From Phycisphaerae bacterium (GTDB lineage Bacteria; Planctomycetota; Phycisphaerae; UBA1845): a stretch of 64,000 nt of DNA. Positions within the stretch are counted from its first letter, which is position 1, and every line of letters starts with the position of its first letter. The translations under genes and the position numbers were made by a program. The notes under the pieces are model-generated. The model was not told the DNA's origin, ran no database searches, and saw only the letters and a program-made list of their open reading frames with translations. The stretch covers positions 960,001 to 1,024,000 of the forward strand of contig CAXXGO010000001.1 of NCBI GenBank assembly GCA_963666835.2, written 5' to 3'. Below, piece after piece: positions 33,734 through 43,808 of this stretch.

Positions 33734-34816
33734 ATGAAGATGAAGGCCACACTCGTGTTGACATTCTGTATTGTGCTCGTGGGCGCAGTGCCGCTCTCTT
33801 GTGGAGAAGCCGAAACGCCTGAGCAACGCGGCAGCCTGCGCGTTGTTCGCGGAAGTGTCGAGGCGACGTCACTCGCCACGGGGCGGATCGTGCCCGCGTA
33901 CGAGACCGCCGTACGCTCGCCGATTGCCGGCGTAGTGGCAGAACGCTTGGTTGGGCTGGGCGACGAAGTCGAGGCCGGTGACCCACTCGTGCGGATTGCG
34001 AATGAGCCGACGGATTGGGAACTCCTCCAAGCTCAGCGGGACATCGAAGCGGCGCAGCTCACCGAAGAGGCTGCTCGTGAGTATATGGACGGCGAGCATC
34101 TTGCCTCCTGGCTGACGCGTCTTGTCTATGGCACCGCACAGCTTGACCGGATATTCCGCAGCGCTGATCTGGCCCGCCGGAAAGCCGAGGAGCGGCTGCT
34201 GTACCTCCGCACGGGTCGTCTGCGAGCCGGTCAATTCGAAATCGACATGATGGTGCGTTCACCGGTCGCAGGCCGGGTCATCGATTTGACCGTAATGCCG
34301 GGGCAGCAAGTCATCCCCACCGGTGCTTATCAGCCCGCTACGGAGATCGCCGTTATCGCTGACATGGATCGGCTGGAGTTTCGCGGAACGGTTAACGAGA
34401 TTGACGTGGGCCGACTTCGTTCCGGATTGGGGGCACAGATCCGGATTGGTGCTTTGCCGGGTACGCGGTTGAAAGGCACGGTCCGCGAGGTTGGGCTCAA
34501 AGCCAAAGAACTCGATCATGCCGTAGTGTTTGATGTGAGCCTCGCCGTTGAAAGCCAGGCGGATGACATGATTCGTGCCGGCTACTCCGCCACCGCGCAT
34601 ATCCGCATTGAACATCGGACGGACGTACTGGTCTTGCCGGAGCGTGTTGTGGAGTTTCGACAAGGCGGGGCCTTTGTGCGGATGTTCGACTCTGATGGCA
34701 GCGTGGTCGAGAAGCCAATTGTAGTTGGACTCAGCGATGGCCTAGTTATCGAAGTTGTGTCCGGGCTTGCCGAAGGGGCGGTAGTACTGGAGCGTCAGTT
34801 CCCCGGGATCGAGTAG
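33734..34816 (+). CDS. MacA-like efflux periplasmic adaptor subunit
   Basis: ATGRIVP, VRSPIAGVV, VRSPVAGRV, VNEIDVG, VGLSDG. Confidence 0.85.
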   Translation: MKMKATLVLTFCIVLVGAVPLSCGEAETPEQRGSLRVVRGSVEATSLATGRIVPAYETAVRSPIAGVVAERLVGLGDEVEAGDPLVRIANEPTDWELLQAQRDIEAAQLTEEAAREYMDGEHLASWLTRLVYGTAQLDRIFRSADLARRKAEERLLYLRTGRLRAGQFEIDMMVRSPVAGRVIDLTVMPGQQVIPTGAYQPATEIAVIADMDRLEFRGTVNEIDVGRLRSGLGAQIRIGALPGTRLKGTVREVGLKAKELDHAVVFDVSLAVESQADDMIRAGYSATAHIRIEHRTDVLVLPERVVEFRQGGAFVRMFDSDGSVVEKPIVVGLSDGLVIEVVSGLAEGAVVLERQFPGIE

Positions 34817-34829
34817 AGACGGTTTGCGT

Positions 34830-36065
34830 ATGTTGCTGGAAGCAGCCATTACGAACTTGGTGCAGGATGTGAGAACCCACAAGCTCAGGGCGGCGCTGAC
34901 CGTTTGCGGGATTGCCTGGGGCACGGTGGGGGTCGTTTTGCTCCTGGCGTTGGGGCAAGGCGTCAAGCAGCGCACGATGGCACGGCAGCACGGAATGGGC
35001 GACGGAATCGTCGTTATGTGGCCCGGGCGGACCACGCGCGCGTATGGTGGCCACGGCACGTGGCGCCCGATTCGATTGCGAGCCGAGGACATTCTGCGAC
35101 TGCCGGAGGAGATCCCCGAGCTCGAGACGGCCACGCCGGAATACCAATGGCAGGCAACGGTGGCGAACGGCTCGATTGCACGCAGCCTGCACGTTGCGGG
35201 CGTCTATCCGGCCTACCGCGATCTGCGACACATGTTCCCTCAGCCGGGTGGGCGATTCATCAACGACAAGGACCTGGCAGATCGTCGGCGCGTGGTCTTC
35301 CTCGGTGATCTGGCTGCTCGGGAGTTGTTCGGCGTGCGCGACCCGCTGGGCCGGAGCGTGCGCGTCGATCGCGAGATCTTCACCGTCATCGGGACCCTGC
35401 GCGCCAAACGCCAGGCCGGCAACTATGGCGGAGCCGACGCCTGGAAGGTGCTCATTCCGGCCAGCACGTTTAGAGCCGTATTCAACCAAGAGCGGCCTGA
35501 TGTCTTTGTATACCGTTCGGTCTCCCCGGCCCTGCACGAGGAGGCCTCGCACAAGGTCCGTGCAACGCTTGGAAGATGGTATCACTTCGATCCTGCTGAC
35601 CATGGGGCCCTCATCTCTTGGGATACGACGGAGTCCAATCGCTTCTGGAGGTACTTCTTCCGCGCCTTCAATGTGTTAATGGGAGTGAGCGGCACCTGTA
35701 CTCTGATCGTGGGTGGGATTGGCGTAGCCAGTCTCATGTACATCACGGTGCATGAGCGTACGCCCGAGATAGGGATCATGTTGGCAGTCGGGGCTCGGCC
35801 GCGGGACGTACTGGCTCAGTTTCTGCTCGAGGCCCTGTTGCTCACCCTGACCGGCGGCGCGGCGGGCCTGGCGATGGCTTGGCTGATTAAGACTTGGGTA
35901 GCCGGAGCGCCGTTTGCCGAACAGCTCGGCGCGCCGATGATCACGCCTTGGATCGTCGTCACCTCGATCCTCCTGCTCGGGGTCATCGGCACGATGGCCG
36001 GGTGGTTTCCAGCTCGTCAGGCCGCCGCCATGGACCCCGTGCAGGCTTTGGAGTACGCGCCGTGA
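34830..36065 (+). CDS. MacB/FtsX-type ABC permease
   Basis: KLRAALTVCGIAWG, GRFINDKD, VHERTPEIGI, AMDPVQAL. Confidence 0.9.
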   Translation: MLLEAAITNLVQDVRTHKLRAALTVCGIAWGTVGVVLLLALGQGVKQRTMARQHGMGDGIVVMWPGRTTRAYGGHGTWRPIRLRAEDILRLPEEIPELETATPEYQWQATVANGSIARSLHVAGVYPAYRDLRHMFPQPGGRFINDKDLADRRRVVFLGDLAARELFGVRDPLGRSVRVDREIFTVIGTLRAKRQAGNYGGADAWKVLIPASTFRAVFNQERPDVFVYRSVSPALHEEASHKVRATLGRWYHFDPADHGALISWDTTESNRFWRYFFRAFNVLMGVSGTCTLIVGGIGVASLMYITVHERTPEIGIMLAVGARPRDVLAQFLLEALLLTLTGGAAGLAMAWLIKTWVAGAPFAEQLGAPMITPWIVVTSILLLGVIGTMAGWFPARQAAAMDPVQALEYAP

Positions 36066-37303
36066 TGGCACTGCTCGGGCAACATCTGGCGGATCTACGA
36101 CAGGAGCGCGGTAAGATTGCGCTGACTGTTCTAGGTGTGGTGTGGGGTACGCTTGCCATCACGATTCTTCTGGCATTCACCGAGAGCATCTTGCATGCCG
36201 TGCGGCAGGCGGAACAAGGTGTGGGTCCGGGGCTTGTGGTTGTGCGCGAGGGGGCGACGAGCCTGCCATACGAGGGGCTTCCACCAGGTCAGCCTGTCCG
36301 GTTGTCCGCGGCGGACGTTGAAGCCGTGCGGGCCGAGGTTGGAACGGCCGCGGAGGTCAGCGGCGAGTACTTCCTCAACGCCGTCGACGTGACGTGCGGA
36401 GAGAGCGTGCATCGCGCGTTTCTATCCGCAATCGAGCCCTCCTACGGATCGATTCGAAACTGTCACCCTGCACCCGGTGGTCGCTTCATTGATGAGTTGG
36501 ATCTGCTCTACCGCAGGAGGGTGGTCTTCATCGGCGATGAAATCGCGCATGAGCTCTTCGGCAGCGCCGACGCTGTGGGCAAAGCGGTGGTTATCCGGAG
36601 TGTCCCGTTTACCGTCGTCGGCGCGATGCAACCGAAGACGCAATGGAATTACTACGAGGCACCCGACTGCCGGCGCTTGTTCATTCCGTTTACGACCTTC
36701 ACCGCCCTGTGGGGTGAGCGGCCGGTTACCGCCCTCGTCTATCGGGCCGACCCGGGGCATGAATCCGGACGTGTGCAAGCCCGCATCCAGCAGCTTCTGG
36801 CGCGGCGTCATCGCTTCGACCCCGCGGACCGCTTCGGCCTGAGTGTCTGGGACGCGGCTGAAGCAGTGCAGGTGGCAGCCGACACGAGACGCGGCGTGCG
36901 TCTGTTCGTAGGACTGATCGGTACCATCACATTGATCATCGCCGGTCTGGGCGTCGGTAACGTCATGTATTCGCTGGTCAAGAGACGAACGCGAGAGATC
37001 GGAATAAAGATCGCGGTTGGTGCCCGACCACGCCAGATCACCACGTACTACCTGCTGGAAGGGCTGACGGTTGTTGCCGTCGGTGGAGCCGGCGGCCTGT
37101 TGTTCTCCTGGCTGATCATCGTTGTGCTGAATCATGTTCCCTTGCCGGACGATGCGCTGGCGTATTTCTGTCGGCCGGTTCTGTCGCCGTTCACGCTGAT
37201 CATCGTCAGCTTGGTTCTCGGAACGATCGGGCTTGGGGCGGGTCTGTTTCCTGCCCGAGCGGCGGCTTCAGTGGATCCCGCCCAGGCGTTGCGGCATGAG
37301 TGA
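36062..37303 (+). CDS. MacB/FtsX-type ABC permease
   Basis: Start overlaps upstream stop; GRFIDELD, VKRRTREIGIKIAVGA, SVDPAQALRHE. Confidence 0.9.
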   Translation: MMALLGQHLADLRQERGKIALTVLGVVWGTLAITILLAFTESILHAVRQAEQGVGPGLVVVREGATSLPYEGLPPGQPVRLSAADVEAVRAEVGTAAEVSGEYFLNAVDVTCGESVHRAFLSAIEPSYGSIRNCHPAPGGRFIDELDLLYRRRVVFIGDEIAHELFGSADAVGKAVVIRSVPFTVVGAMQPKTQWNYYEAPDCRRLFIPFTTFTALWGERPVTALVYRADPGHESGRVQARIQQLLARRHRFDPADRFGLSVWDAAEAVQVAADTRRGVRLFVGLIGTITLIIAGLGVGNVMYSLVKRRTREIGIKIAVGARPRQITTYYLLEGLTVVAVGGAGGLLFSWLIIVVLNHVPLPDDALAYFCRPVLSPFTLIIVSLVLGTIGLGAGLFPARAAASVDPAQALRHE

Positions 37304-37318
37304 TCGGACCACTTTACC

Positions 37319-38047
37319 ATGATCGACCTCATCAATGCCTCGAAGACTTACTCGTTGGGCACCGAGCCTTTGCATGCTTTGGCTGAGGTGAGCCTGCGCG
37401 TGGCAAGCGGCGAGTTCATCGCGATTCTTGGTCCGTCGGGCTCCGGCAAATCCACGCTTATGCATATTCTCGGCTGCCTCGACACGCTCACTTCCGGCGA
37501 CTATCGCTTCCGGGGACGCCCAGTGTCCGGGCTGAGCGCGAACGAACTGGCCGCCATCCGAAACCGGCACATCGGGTTTGTGTTTCAAGGATTCCACCTG
37601 CTGCCTCGGGCCACGGCGATCCAGAACGTTCAATTGCCGCTCGTCTTCGCGGGCGTCAAACCGGGAATCCGCCGTGAGACCGCAGCGGACCTCCTGCGGC
37701 GAATGGGACTGGCGGATCGATCTGATCACCTGCCCGGCGCGCTGTCCGGCGGTGAGCGACAACGTGTGGCCATCGCGCGGGCGTTGGCAAACGCACCCGA
37801 TCTGCTGCTGGCAGACGAGCCGACCGGCAACCTCGACAGTCGGACAGGGGAACAGATTATCGCGTTGTTGCGCAAACTGGTTGATGAGCGGCAGCAGACG
37901 GTGGTGATGGTGACTCACGATGCGAAACACGCGTCCATGGCGGACCGCGTGATCAGCATGCGTGACGGCCGATTCGAGGACGACCAAATACTGCCCCGCG
38001 GTCGCTTCGCGGGTGAAGTGCTCAGCGATCTGGGTCAGTTGCCGTGA
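37319..38047 (+). CDS. ABC transporter ATP-binding protein (LolD/MacB type)
   Basis: [39 protein letters not shown]. Confidence 0.95.
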   Translation: MIDLINASKTYSLGTEPLHALAEVSLRVASGEFIAILGPSGSGKSTLMHILGCLDTLTSGDYRFRGRPVSGLSANELAAIRNRHIGFVFQGFHLLPRATAIQNVQLPLVFAGVKPGIRRETAADLLRRMGLADRSDHLPGALSGGERQRVAIARALANAPDLLLADEPTGNLDSRTGEQIIALLRKLVDERQQTVVMVTHDAKHASMADRVISMRDGRFEDDQILPRGRFAGEVLSDLGQLP

Positions 38048-38196
38048 CAGAGCAGTCTGTATGTTCAAGGAGTTGCGTCTCGCCGCACGATTAGCCGCCA
38101 AGCAACTGGGGGCCGCTATAGAGGCGTGGATATAGAGAATCAGAAGGCACGCACGGTCACGGGGGACCCCGGCCGGTTAACGAAAGGAGCCTGAAG

Positions 38197-38748
38197 TTGC
38201 TAAGAGGAAAGCAGGTTACGCTTCGTATGTTCTCGGAATCCGACCTTGAGGAGCTGTCTGTCCTCGACGCCGACATCGCTGCCCGCGGGGAGCACTTCCC
38301 CCTCAGACTGCATCCACTGGAGGAAACGCGCACGCAGTTTCGGGGAACCGGCTGGTGGCAGGAAGACCAGGGGCGCATGGCCGTGACTGACCGGGAAGGC
38401 CGGCTGGTCGGTGCCATCGTGTTCTTCAAACCCTCGCCAATGTTGGCAGGCTATGAGATCGGCTACACGATCTTCCGTCCTACGGATCGCGGACGGGGCT
38501 ACGTGAGCGAGGCACTCTTGATCTTCTCGGCCTACCTATTCGAGCTCAAACCCATCCCCAGACTTCAACTGGGGATGTTTGCGGGGAACGCCGCCTCTCG
38601 CCGCGTGGCGGAGAAGTGTGGTTACCAGTATGAGGGCACGCAGCGCCAGGCGGGTTTTCTGCATGGGCATTACCAGGACCGCGAGACCTTCTCGCTACTA
38701 CGGAGCGATTGCCCTCCGTTGGCGGGCCTGGCGGCTGACGTGGAGTGA
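38197..38748 (+). CDS. GNAT acetyltransferase, RimJ/RimL-like
   Basis: AAAGGAG then TTG; EIGY, RGRGYVSEA, NAASRRVAEKCG. Confidence 0.88.
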   Translation: MLRGKQVTLRMFSESDLEELSVLDADIAARGEHFPLRLHPLEETRTQFRGTGWWQEDQGRMAVTDREGRLVGAIVFFKPSPMLAGYEIGYTIFRPTDRGRGYVSEALLIFSAYLFELKPIPRLQLGMFAGNAASRRVAEKCGYQYEGTQRQAGFLHGHYQDRETFSLLRSDCPPLAGLAADVE

Positions 38749-38770
38749 GAATAGCGAAAGGAGTTCTACC

Positions 38771-39784
38771 ATGATGCGGTTACGCATGTTGATTCCACTT
38801 ATGCTCGTCGGGTTCGCGCGCGCCGGCGAGTTGCCGAGTGAGCCCAGGCTGTTCGACACCGCTCCGCCCTTCAAGGAGGGCTATCTCAAGGTCGACGATG
38901 TGCATGAGATCTACTTTGCCTTGTTTGGTAACCCACAGGGGAAACCGGTGATGGTGCTGCACGGCGGGCCGGGGTCCGGAAGCTATCCGCGCCTGATGCA
39001 GTACTTCGATCCGCAGAAGTGGCTCATTGTGCTGCACGACCAGCGCGGCGCCGGCCGCAGCCGTCCCGCCGGCGAGCTCCGCGCCAACACGACGCAGCAC
39101 CTGGTCGCAGACATTGAGAAACTCCGCACCCACCTGGGGATCGAAGACAAGATGCTCATATTCGGCGGCTCCTGGGGCTCGGCACTGGCGCTGGCCTACG
39201 CCGAGGCGCACCCGGAGTTTGTTCGGGGCATGGTGTTGCGGGGAGTTTTCACGGCATCCGAAGCTGAGCCGCTCAACGGGTTTGTGGGACCGATGCCGCG
39301 GGCGTTCTTTCCCGACGCTGCCGCTGAGTTCGACGCGGCGCTGCCGGACAGTATGAAGCCGTTCACACCTCAGAAGTTGCTGGACCTCTTTGCCGGAGAC
39401 GACACTGCGGCGCAGCGTAGAGTTGCCGACGCCTGGATTCGCTGCGCGATCAAGACCGGCAAGATGCATACACCGGACGAGGAGGTGAACGCTGGTTGGG
39501 GCGATTTCGATCCTATTCCCGGAGCACGCATCGATTGCCACTACGCTGCCAACGGCTTCTTCGTGAAGGGCGATCAGCTTCTACGTGAAGCCCGGAGGTT
39601 GCAGAGTATTCCCACAATCATCATCAACGGGCGTTACGACGTGATCTGTCCGCCCATCACCGCGTGGCGCCTGCATCAGCAATTGCCGCAGTCAAAGGTG
39701 ATGATTATCGAAGAGGCGGGACACTTTGAAAGCGAACCCGGAACCACCCAGGCATTGCTTTCCGCGGTTAAGGAGTTTGAATAA
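38771..39784 (+). CDS. pip: Prolyl aminopeptidase (S33) with signal peptide
   Basis: HGGPG, DQRGAGRS, NTTQHLVADIE, GGSWG, VLRG, GRYDVICP, AGH. Confidence 0.88.
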   Translation: MMRLRMLIPLMLVGFARAGELPSEPRLFDTAPPFKEGYLKVDDVHEIYFALFGNPQGKPVMVLHGGPGSGSYPRLMQYFDPQKWLIVLHDQRGAGRSRPAGELRANTTQHLVADIEKLRTHLGIEDKMLIFGGSWGSALALAYAEAHPEFVRGMVLRGVFTASEAEPLNGFVGPMPRAFFPDAAAEFDAALPDSMKPFTPQKLLDLFAGDDTAAQRRVADAWIRCAIKTGKMHTPDEEVNAGWGDFDPIPGARIDCHYAANGFFVKGDQLLREARRLQSIPTIIINGRYDVICPPITAWRLHQQLPQSKVMIIEEAGHFESEPGTTQALLSAVKEFE

Positions 39785-39859
39785 CGCACAACCGGGCATG
39801 TCGAGAGGTCCGGATAGGCTTCAGGACGGACGACCCGTAAGCAGGCGAGCAGCATCCGC

Positions 39860-40060
39860 TCACCGCGCCCTGTCACGGTGGGTGTCGCTACGTTTCTTAC
39901 TTGCGTTGGTCTCCGCCTCCCGTTGTCGTAACGCATTGACTGCCGATTCGAAACGGGGGCCGAGCCGCAGCGCCCGTTCATAATCCTTCATGGCCGGGCG
40001 GTACTTTCTGATAGCCGCTGACGCTTCTCCAAGGTTATTAAGCGCCCTGGTTACCGCAGA
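39860..40060 (-). pseudogene. Orphan C-terminal TPR fragment
   Basis: Startless frame ALNNLGEASAAIRKYRPAMKDYERALRLGPRFESAVNALRQ...*. Confidence 0.45.
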
Positions 40061-40154
40061 GGCCTGCCGAGCCGGCGTCCTTCAAAAGCGTTCGTCGGCT
40101 ATCGATGTTGCTGTCGGTCTTCCGTGCTCAACGACTGTGCCCCCCCGGGCGGAA

Positions 40155-41363
40155 TTAGAATCTGATGTACGCGTACCCCTGAAGCTCGAGGTCAATGATT
40201 CGAGGGTAGGCGTTGGGCACGATCTTCACACCTGACAGGATGTCGTCCTCTGTCCAGCCGTGGCTCTTGATCGTTTGATCGCACACTTCCAAGACGATCC
40301 CCATTTCCAACAGTTGATTAACCAGCGCCCGATTGGGATTCTTCCCCTCGGTTTTGGCGTACGCTGTATATGCGCCGTCCTTCAACATCCAGTATGCGGC
40401 TTCCCCGTGGACAACGGCGACGATATGCAGATCGGCCGGCGAGGTCCCCATGGATCGGTATCCCTCGATGAGCTCCCGTACGCAGGCCAAGCCCGCGCCG
40501 ACGTTGTCCTTCCACTCATTCTGGTCGATTCGACATACGATCGCGATGTCCTTGCGCACGGTCAGAGTGGCGACGGTCTTCGGATCCGGAATCCAATACC
40601 ACGATTCGAAGATCTCTGCGCTTTTTGGCGAGCTTAGAAACTCGATGAACTGTGCCGCGGCGGGTTTGGTTTTGCCACGTTCGGTGAGGGCAGCGCTGCA
40701 GTAGCGATAGATTCTGTAGTCATCGCTCACTTCCACGATTCTCGCCCGATCCCTGAGCGGCATGTACCAGATGTTCCACGTGACATAGGCGTCAAGGTCC
40801 TGTCGTTCGTCCCATAGTCTCATTGCCGCGGTACTGTTTTGTGCGAAGACGGCGATGTTCTTGCGAAACGCACGGATCGTACGGATATCACCCTGTTTGC
40901 CGGCCATGTCTTCCCACAGCCCGGTTTGGCCCGAACCGCTCACCACCATCACCTTCACCCCCGGCTTCAACAGGTCGGGGAAGTCTGCAATGTGCTTGGG
41001 GTTGTCGGGGCGGACTAACACTGCTGACGGACGCATGTACAGGGTGGTTATCGAGGTTCTGTCAATGCCGAGGTCCTTGCGTTGCAGGAACTCGGTCATC
41101 ATGAACCCGGCGCTTGCAAAGACCACGTCCGCCTTCTCAGCCGCCTCCGCAAGCCATTCGTCCGGTGGCCCGGCCACCACGTTGACAGCAATGTTGTTGG
41201 CATCGGCGAACCACCCGGCCGCCTCTTGCATAGCCGGTTCCGGCCCTTCCGATCCGTAAACGTGCAACACCTCCTGAGCATGGACCTGGGCTCCCCCCAA
41301 GCTGCCTAGCGCCAGAAGCAAACCGAAGATCCGCCGCGATGGGCGGTTGATGTTTTTCCACAT
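40155..41363 (-). CDS. AcfC/Peb3-like periplasmic anion-binding protein fused to a DsrE-family domain
   Basis: Signal peptide; VYGSEGPEPAMQEAA, LYMRPSAVLVRPDNPK, GSGQTGLWED; C-terminal VVHGEA, EVCDQT, VPNA, QGYAYI. Confidence 0.8.
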   Translation of the reverse strand: MWKNINRPSRRIFGLLLALGSLGGAQVHAQEVLHVYGSEGPEPAMQEAAGWFADANNIAVNVVAGPPDEWLAEAAEKADVVFASAGFMMTEFLQRKDLGIDRTSITTLYMRPSAVLVRPDNPKHIADFPDLLKPGVKVMVVSGSGQTGLWEDMAGKQGDIRTIRAFRKNIAVFAQNSTAAMRLWDERQDLDAYVTWNIWYMPLRDRARIVEVSDDYRIYRYCSAALTERGKTKPAAAQFIEFLSSPKSAEIFESWYWIPDPKTVATLTVRKDIAIVCRIDQNEWKDNVGAGLACVRELIEGYRSMGTSPADLHIVAVVHGEAAYWMLKDGAYTAYAKTEGKNPNRALVNQLLEMGIVLEVCDQTIKSHGWTEDDILSGVKIVPNAYPRIIDLELQGYAYIRF

Positions 41364-41534
41364 GGCAAGTTTCCCTGTTCCTTTGTGGTGTATATGTGCG
41401 ACCTAGTTTCAAGCGATCGGGGAGAACCGGGGCTTCGGAATACAGCTCACCGGTGCTTCCCGTCGACCCATTCTGGGTCCGGGATGCGAACCGTGATCGT
41501 TGGCCGTGGGAGCACCTGGGTCGTGCGGTCTTCG

Positions 41535-41621
41535 AGGTCCTTCGAACGCATCAAAGAGCTGATCCATCTCCTGCCGAAAACTCCTGAATCTCGGCCATGT
41601 GTTCCATTGCGTTAACGTCTT
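41535..41621 (-). pseudogene. Possible Hsp20 N-terminal remnant
   Basis: TLTQWNTWPRFRSFRQEMDQLFDAF, with AAG in place of a start codon and no alpha-crystallin domain. Confidence 0.4.
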
Positions 41622-41709
41622 ACACTTCTCAACAGAACGTGTTTGCCAGTTACTTCAGCGGCCGGCCGCGACGCCGGCATCGCCATGGTTTGCTGCTTCG
41701 GTCATCTGG

Positions 41710-42225
41710 TTACGCAGTTGCCTGCTCTTCACCGTTGTTGCTTTCTTGCTGGTGAGACTGCTGCGATTCTCTTCGTGTAGCTTCGGCGTCTACCAGACTG
41801 CGGATAAGCGCATGAACCGCTAGAGCGGCCGTGGAGAACTGCATCAGCTCACCCTCTTGGAGTGCGAATTGCTCGTCGGGTTGGTCGGAGGATCTCCGGA
41901 GTTCGCCCACAAGCTGTGGGGGAGCAATGATCGTCAGTTTTCTGATCAGGTGCTTCGTGCACTCTGCTCGAAGCCGATTCACTGTATCACTTGCGAAACG
42001 CTGGAGATGTTTCCCCACGTAGTGGTGCGGGGAGGCATAGGCGGGTCCGGTCTTCCCGCCGAAAGCCATCGACTTGCTGATACTGTACCTTGGCCAGCAG
42101 TTCTCAAACGCCCTTATTTCTTGGACATGATGGGTACCCTGTCTGGTAAAATCGCATCGCAAGAGCCGGCAGCGTTCCGCGTCGACCAAAGCGAACCAAG
42201 TACTGTCTGCAGTTCCCTTACTCAT
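41710..42225 (-). CDS. Host attachment protein (AtsE/baeRF-like release-factor fold)
   Basis: WFALVDAERCRLL, RFA, LTIIAPPQLVGELR. Confidence 0.75.
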   Translation of the reverse strand: MSKGTADSTWFALVDAERCRLLRCDFTRQGTHHVQEIRAFENCWPRYSISKSMAFGGKTGPAYASPHHYVGKHLQRFASDTVNRLRAECTKHLIRKLTIIAPPQLVGELRRSSDQPDEQFALQEGELMQFSTAALAVHALIRSLVDAEATRRESQQSHQQESNNGEEQATA

Positions 42226-42399
42226 GATCTGTTCTTGCGTGCGTCGTGCGAAGCGCTTGAGCAGTAGACTGAGTCACAAGGCCGAAGGCCGCGTTACGGC
42301 TTGGCACGCACTGGATGAACGGACGAAACAATCGAGGCCCGCGCCCGGCGGCGCGTTGCCGGCCGCGGGCCGGTCAGTCCCCCGGGAGCCACCGGTTGC

Positions 42400-42984
42400 C
42401 TACGGCTCAATCTGCTCACAGTCTACGTCCTCGCAAGTTGACCCCGCGTAGAACGTGCCGTTCATGTCGTAGCACCCGTCCTCGTCGATGTCGACGCACC
42501 TGCCACTCGGCAGACAGCAAGCTCCGCCGTCGTCGTTACGCGGCTCGGACGTCCACGAGTCCTCAGCGTCCGGTTCAGATTCAGGCTCAGGTTCGGGCTT
42601 GGCTGCCTTGGCCGACGTCATGTCGATGTAGCGCACGCCGTGCTTCTCGTAGAGCTTGCCTTTCAACTCAGCAGTCTCAAGAGCCAGCGACATGATCGTC
42701 CGTGCCGCTCCTTTGTTACCCTCGCCGATTAGGACAAGTCCTTCCTGGGTTTCCAGTGCTGCCGGCACTCCCGCACGGATGCAGTCGCGCACGCATTTGG
42801 CTTTGTCACTGGATTCGTACTTCTCCGTCATGAAGCTGTGGAGATCCACAACCTTGCCTGTCAGGGTTACGTCCCGCGGTTGACGGTTCTTGTCTCGGTC
42901 CCCGGCAGCGCACAACACTGATACGAGCAATACACCCACGACAGCCGTGATGACTGTTCTCGCGACATTCCGTTGGTTTCTCAT
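42400..42984 (-). CDS. Secreted hypothetical protein with C-terminal GACC Cys-rich motif
   Basis: Signal peptide; TLTGKVVD...CVRDCIRAGVP; acidic PE linker; GACCLPSGRC...C...STCEDVDC. Confidence 0.75.
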   Translation of the reverse strand: MRNQRNVARTVITAVVGVLLVSVLCAAGDRDKNRQPRDVTLTGKVVDLHSFMTEKYESSDKAKCVRDCIRAGVPAALETQEGLVLIGEGNKGAARTIMSLALETAELKGKLYEKHGVRYIDMTSAKAAKPEPEPESEPDAEDSWTSEPRNDDGGACCLPSGRCVDIDEDGCYDMNGTFYAGSTCEDVDCEQIEP

Positions 42985-43128
42985 GCCTGTTTTCTCCGTA
43001 TTACCGGGCCCATACGCCTCTGCACGTCACCTTTCCCCGTATGCGGCGCCGCGCCGCGACTACAATCCGTTTCGCCAAACGGCAAGGTCGCAGAGTCAGC
43101 CTCCACGCGGCTGGGGCCATCTGCCACG

Positions 43129-43194
43129 AGTATGATCCGAGCCGGACCGGGATGTAATTGGATAAGAGGGCTACTTCGGTTGGACTTTGGGCTT
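43129..43194 (-). promoter_or_regulatory. Tandem-box activated promoter P1 (overlaps the 3' end of the response regulator gene)
   Basis: AAGCCCAAAGTCCA-N8-AGCCCTCTTATCCA-N24-CATACT. Confidence 0.7.
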
Positions 43195-43803
43195 ACACAA
43201 GCCGGCCGCCTGGGCGAGCAGGACAAGGTCCGCGAGGGATTCTGCCTGCATTTTGTCCATGACGCGGGCACGATGCACCTTCACGGTCTTCTCGCTGGTC
43301 CCGAGTTGGAGTGCGATCTGTTTGTTGAGTTTGCCGGCGACGACAAGGGCGAAGACTTCTCGTTCACGAGGTGTGAGCCGCTCGATCCTGCGCAGGATCT
43401 CTGAGCGCTCGGCGTGCTCGTCACGGCTTCTCCGGTCCTTGGCGAGGGCGTGCTGAATCGCATCCAGAAGAGCTTGATCGTTGAACGGTTTGGAAATGAA
43501 ATCAACTGCGCCGGCTTTCATGGCCCGGACACTCATCGGAACGTCACCATGGCCGCTGATGAAGACAATCGGGATTGTAATCCCTCGCACGTTGAGCTCA
43601 TCTTGGAGGTCCAGACCGCTCAGGCCGGGCATGCGCACGTCCAGGACCAGGCACCCCGGCCGGGATGAATCGTAGCTGTCGAGGAACTCCTGTGCACTGC
43701 TGAACATCTCGACGTTAAGGCCGACCGAACGGGCCAGTCTTTGCAGAGCGCGCCGCACGGAGTCGTCATCGTCTACGATGAACGCTGTCGGCTGGACTTT
43801 CAT
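43171..43803 (-). CDS. FixJ/NarL-family response regulator (REC + LuxR HTH)
   Basis: IVDDD, LVLDVRMPG, ISGHG, KPF, LTPREREV, SEKTVKVHR. Confidence 0.93.
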   Translation of the reverse strand: MKVQPTAFIVDDDDSVRRALQRLARSVGLNVEMFSSAQEFLDSYDSSRPGCLVLDVRMPGLSGLDLQDELNVRGITIPIVFISGHGDVPMSVRAMKAGAVDFISKPFNDQALLDAIQHALAKDRRSRDEHAERSEILRRIERLTPREREVFALVVAGKLNKQIALQLGTSEKTVKVHRARVMDKMQAESLADLVLLAQAAGLCKPKVQPK

Positions 43804-43808
43804 GGGTT

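Noticed and set aside
33734..38047. MacAB-type exporter as a novel system
   Set aside because: Common adaptor + two permeases + ATPase layout; no cargo peptide identified
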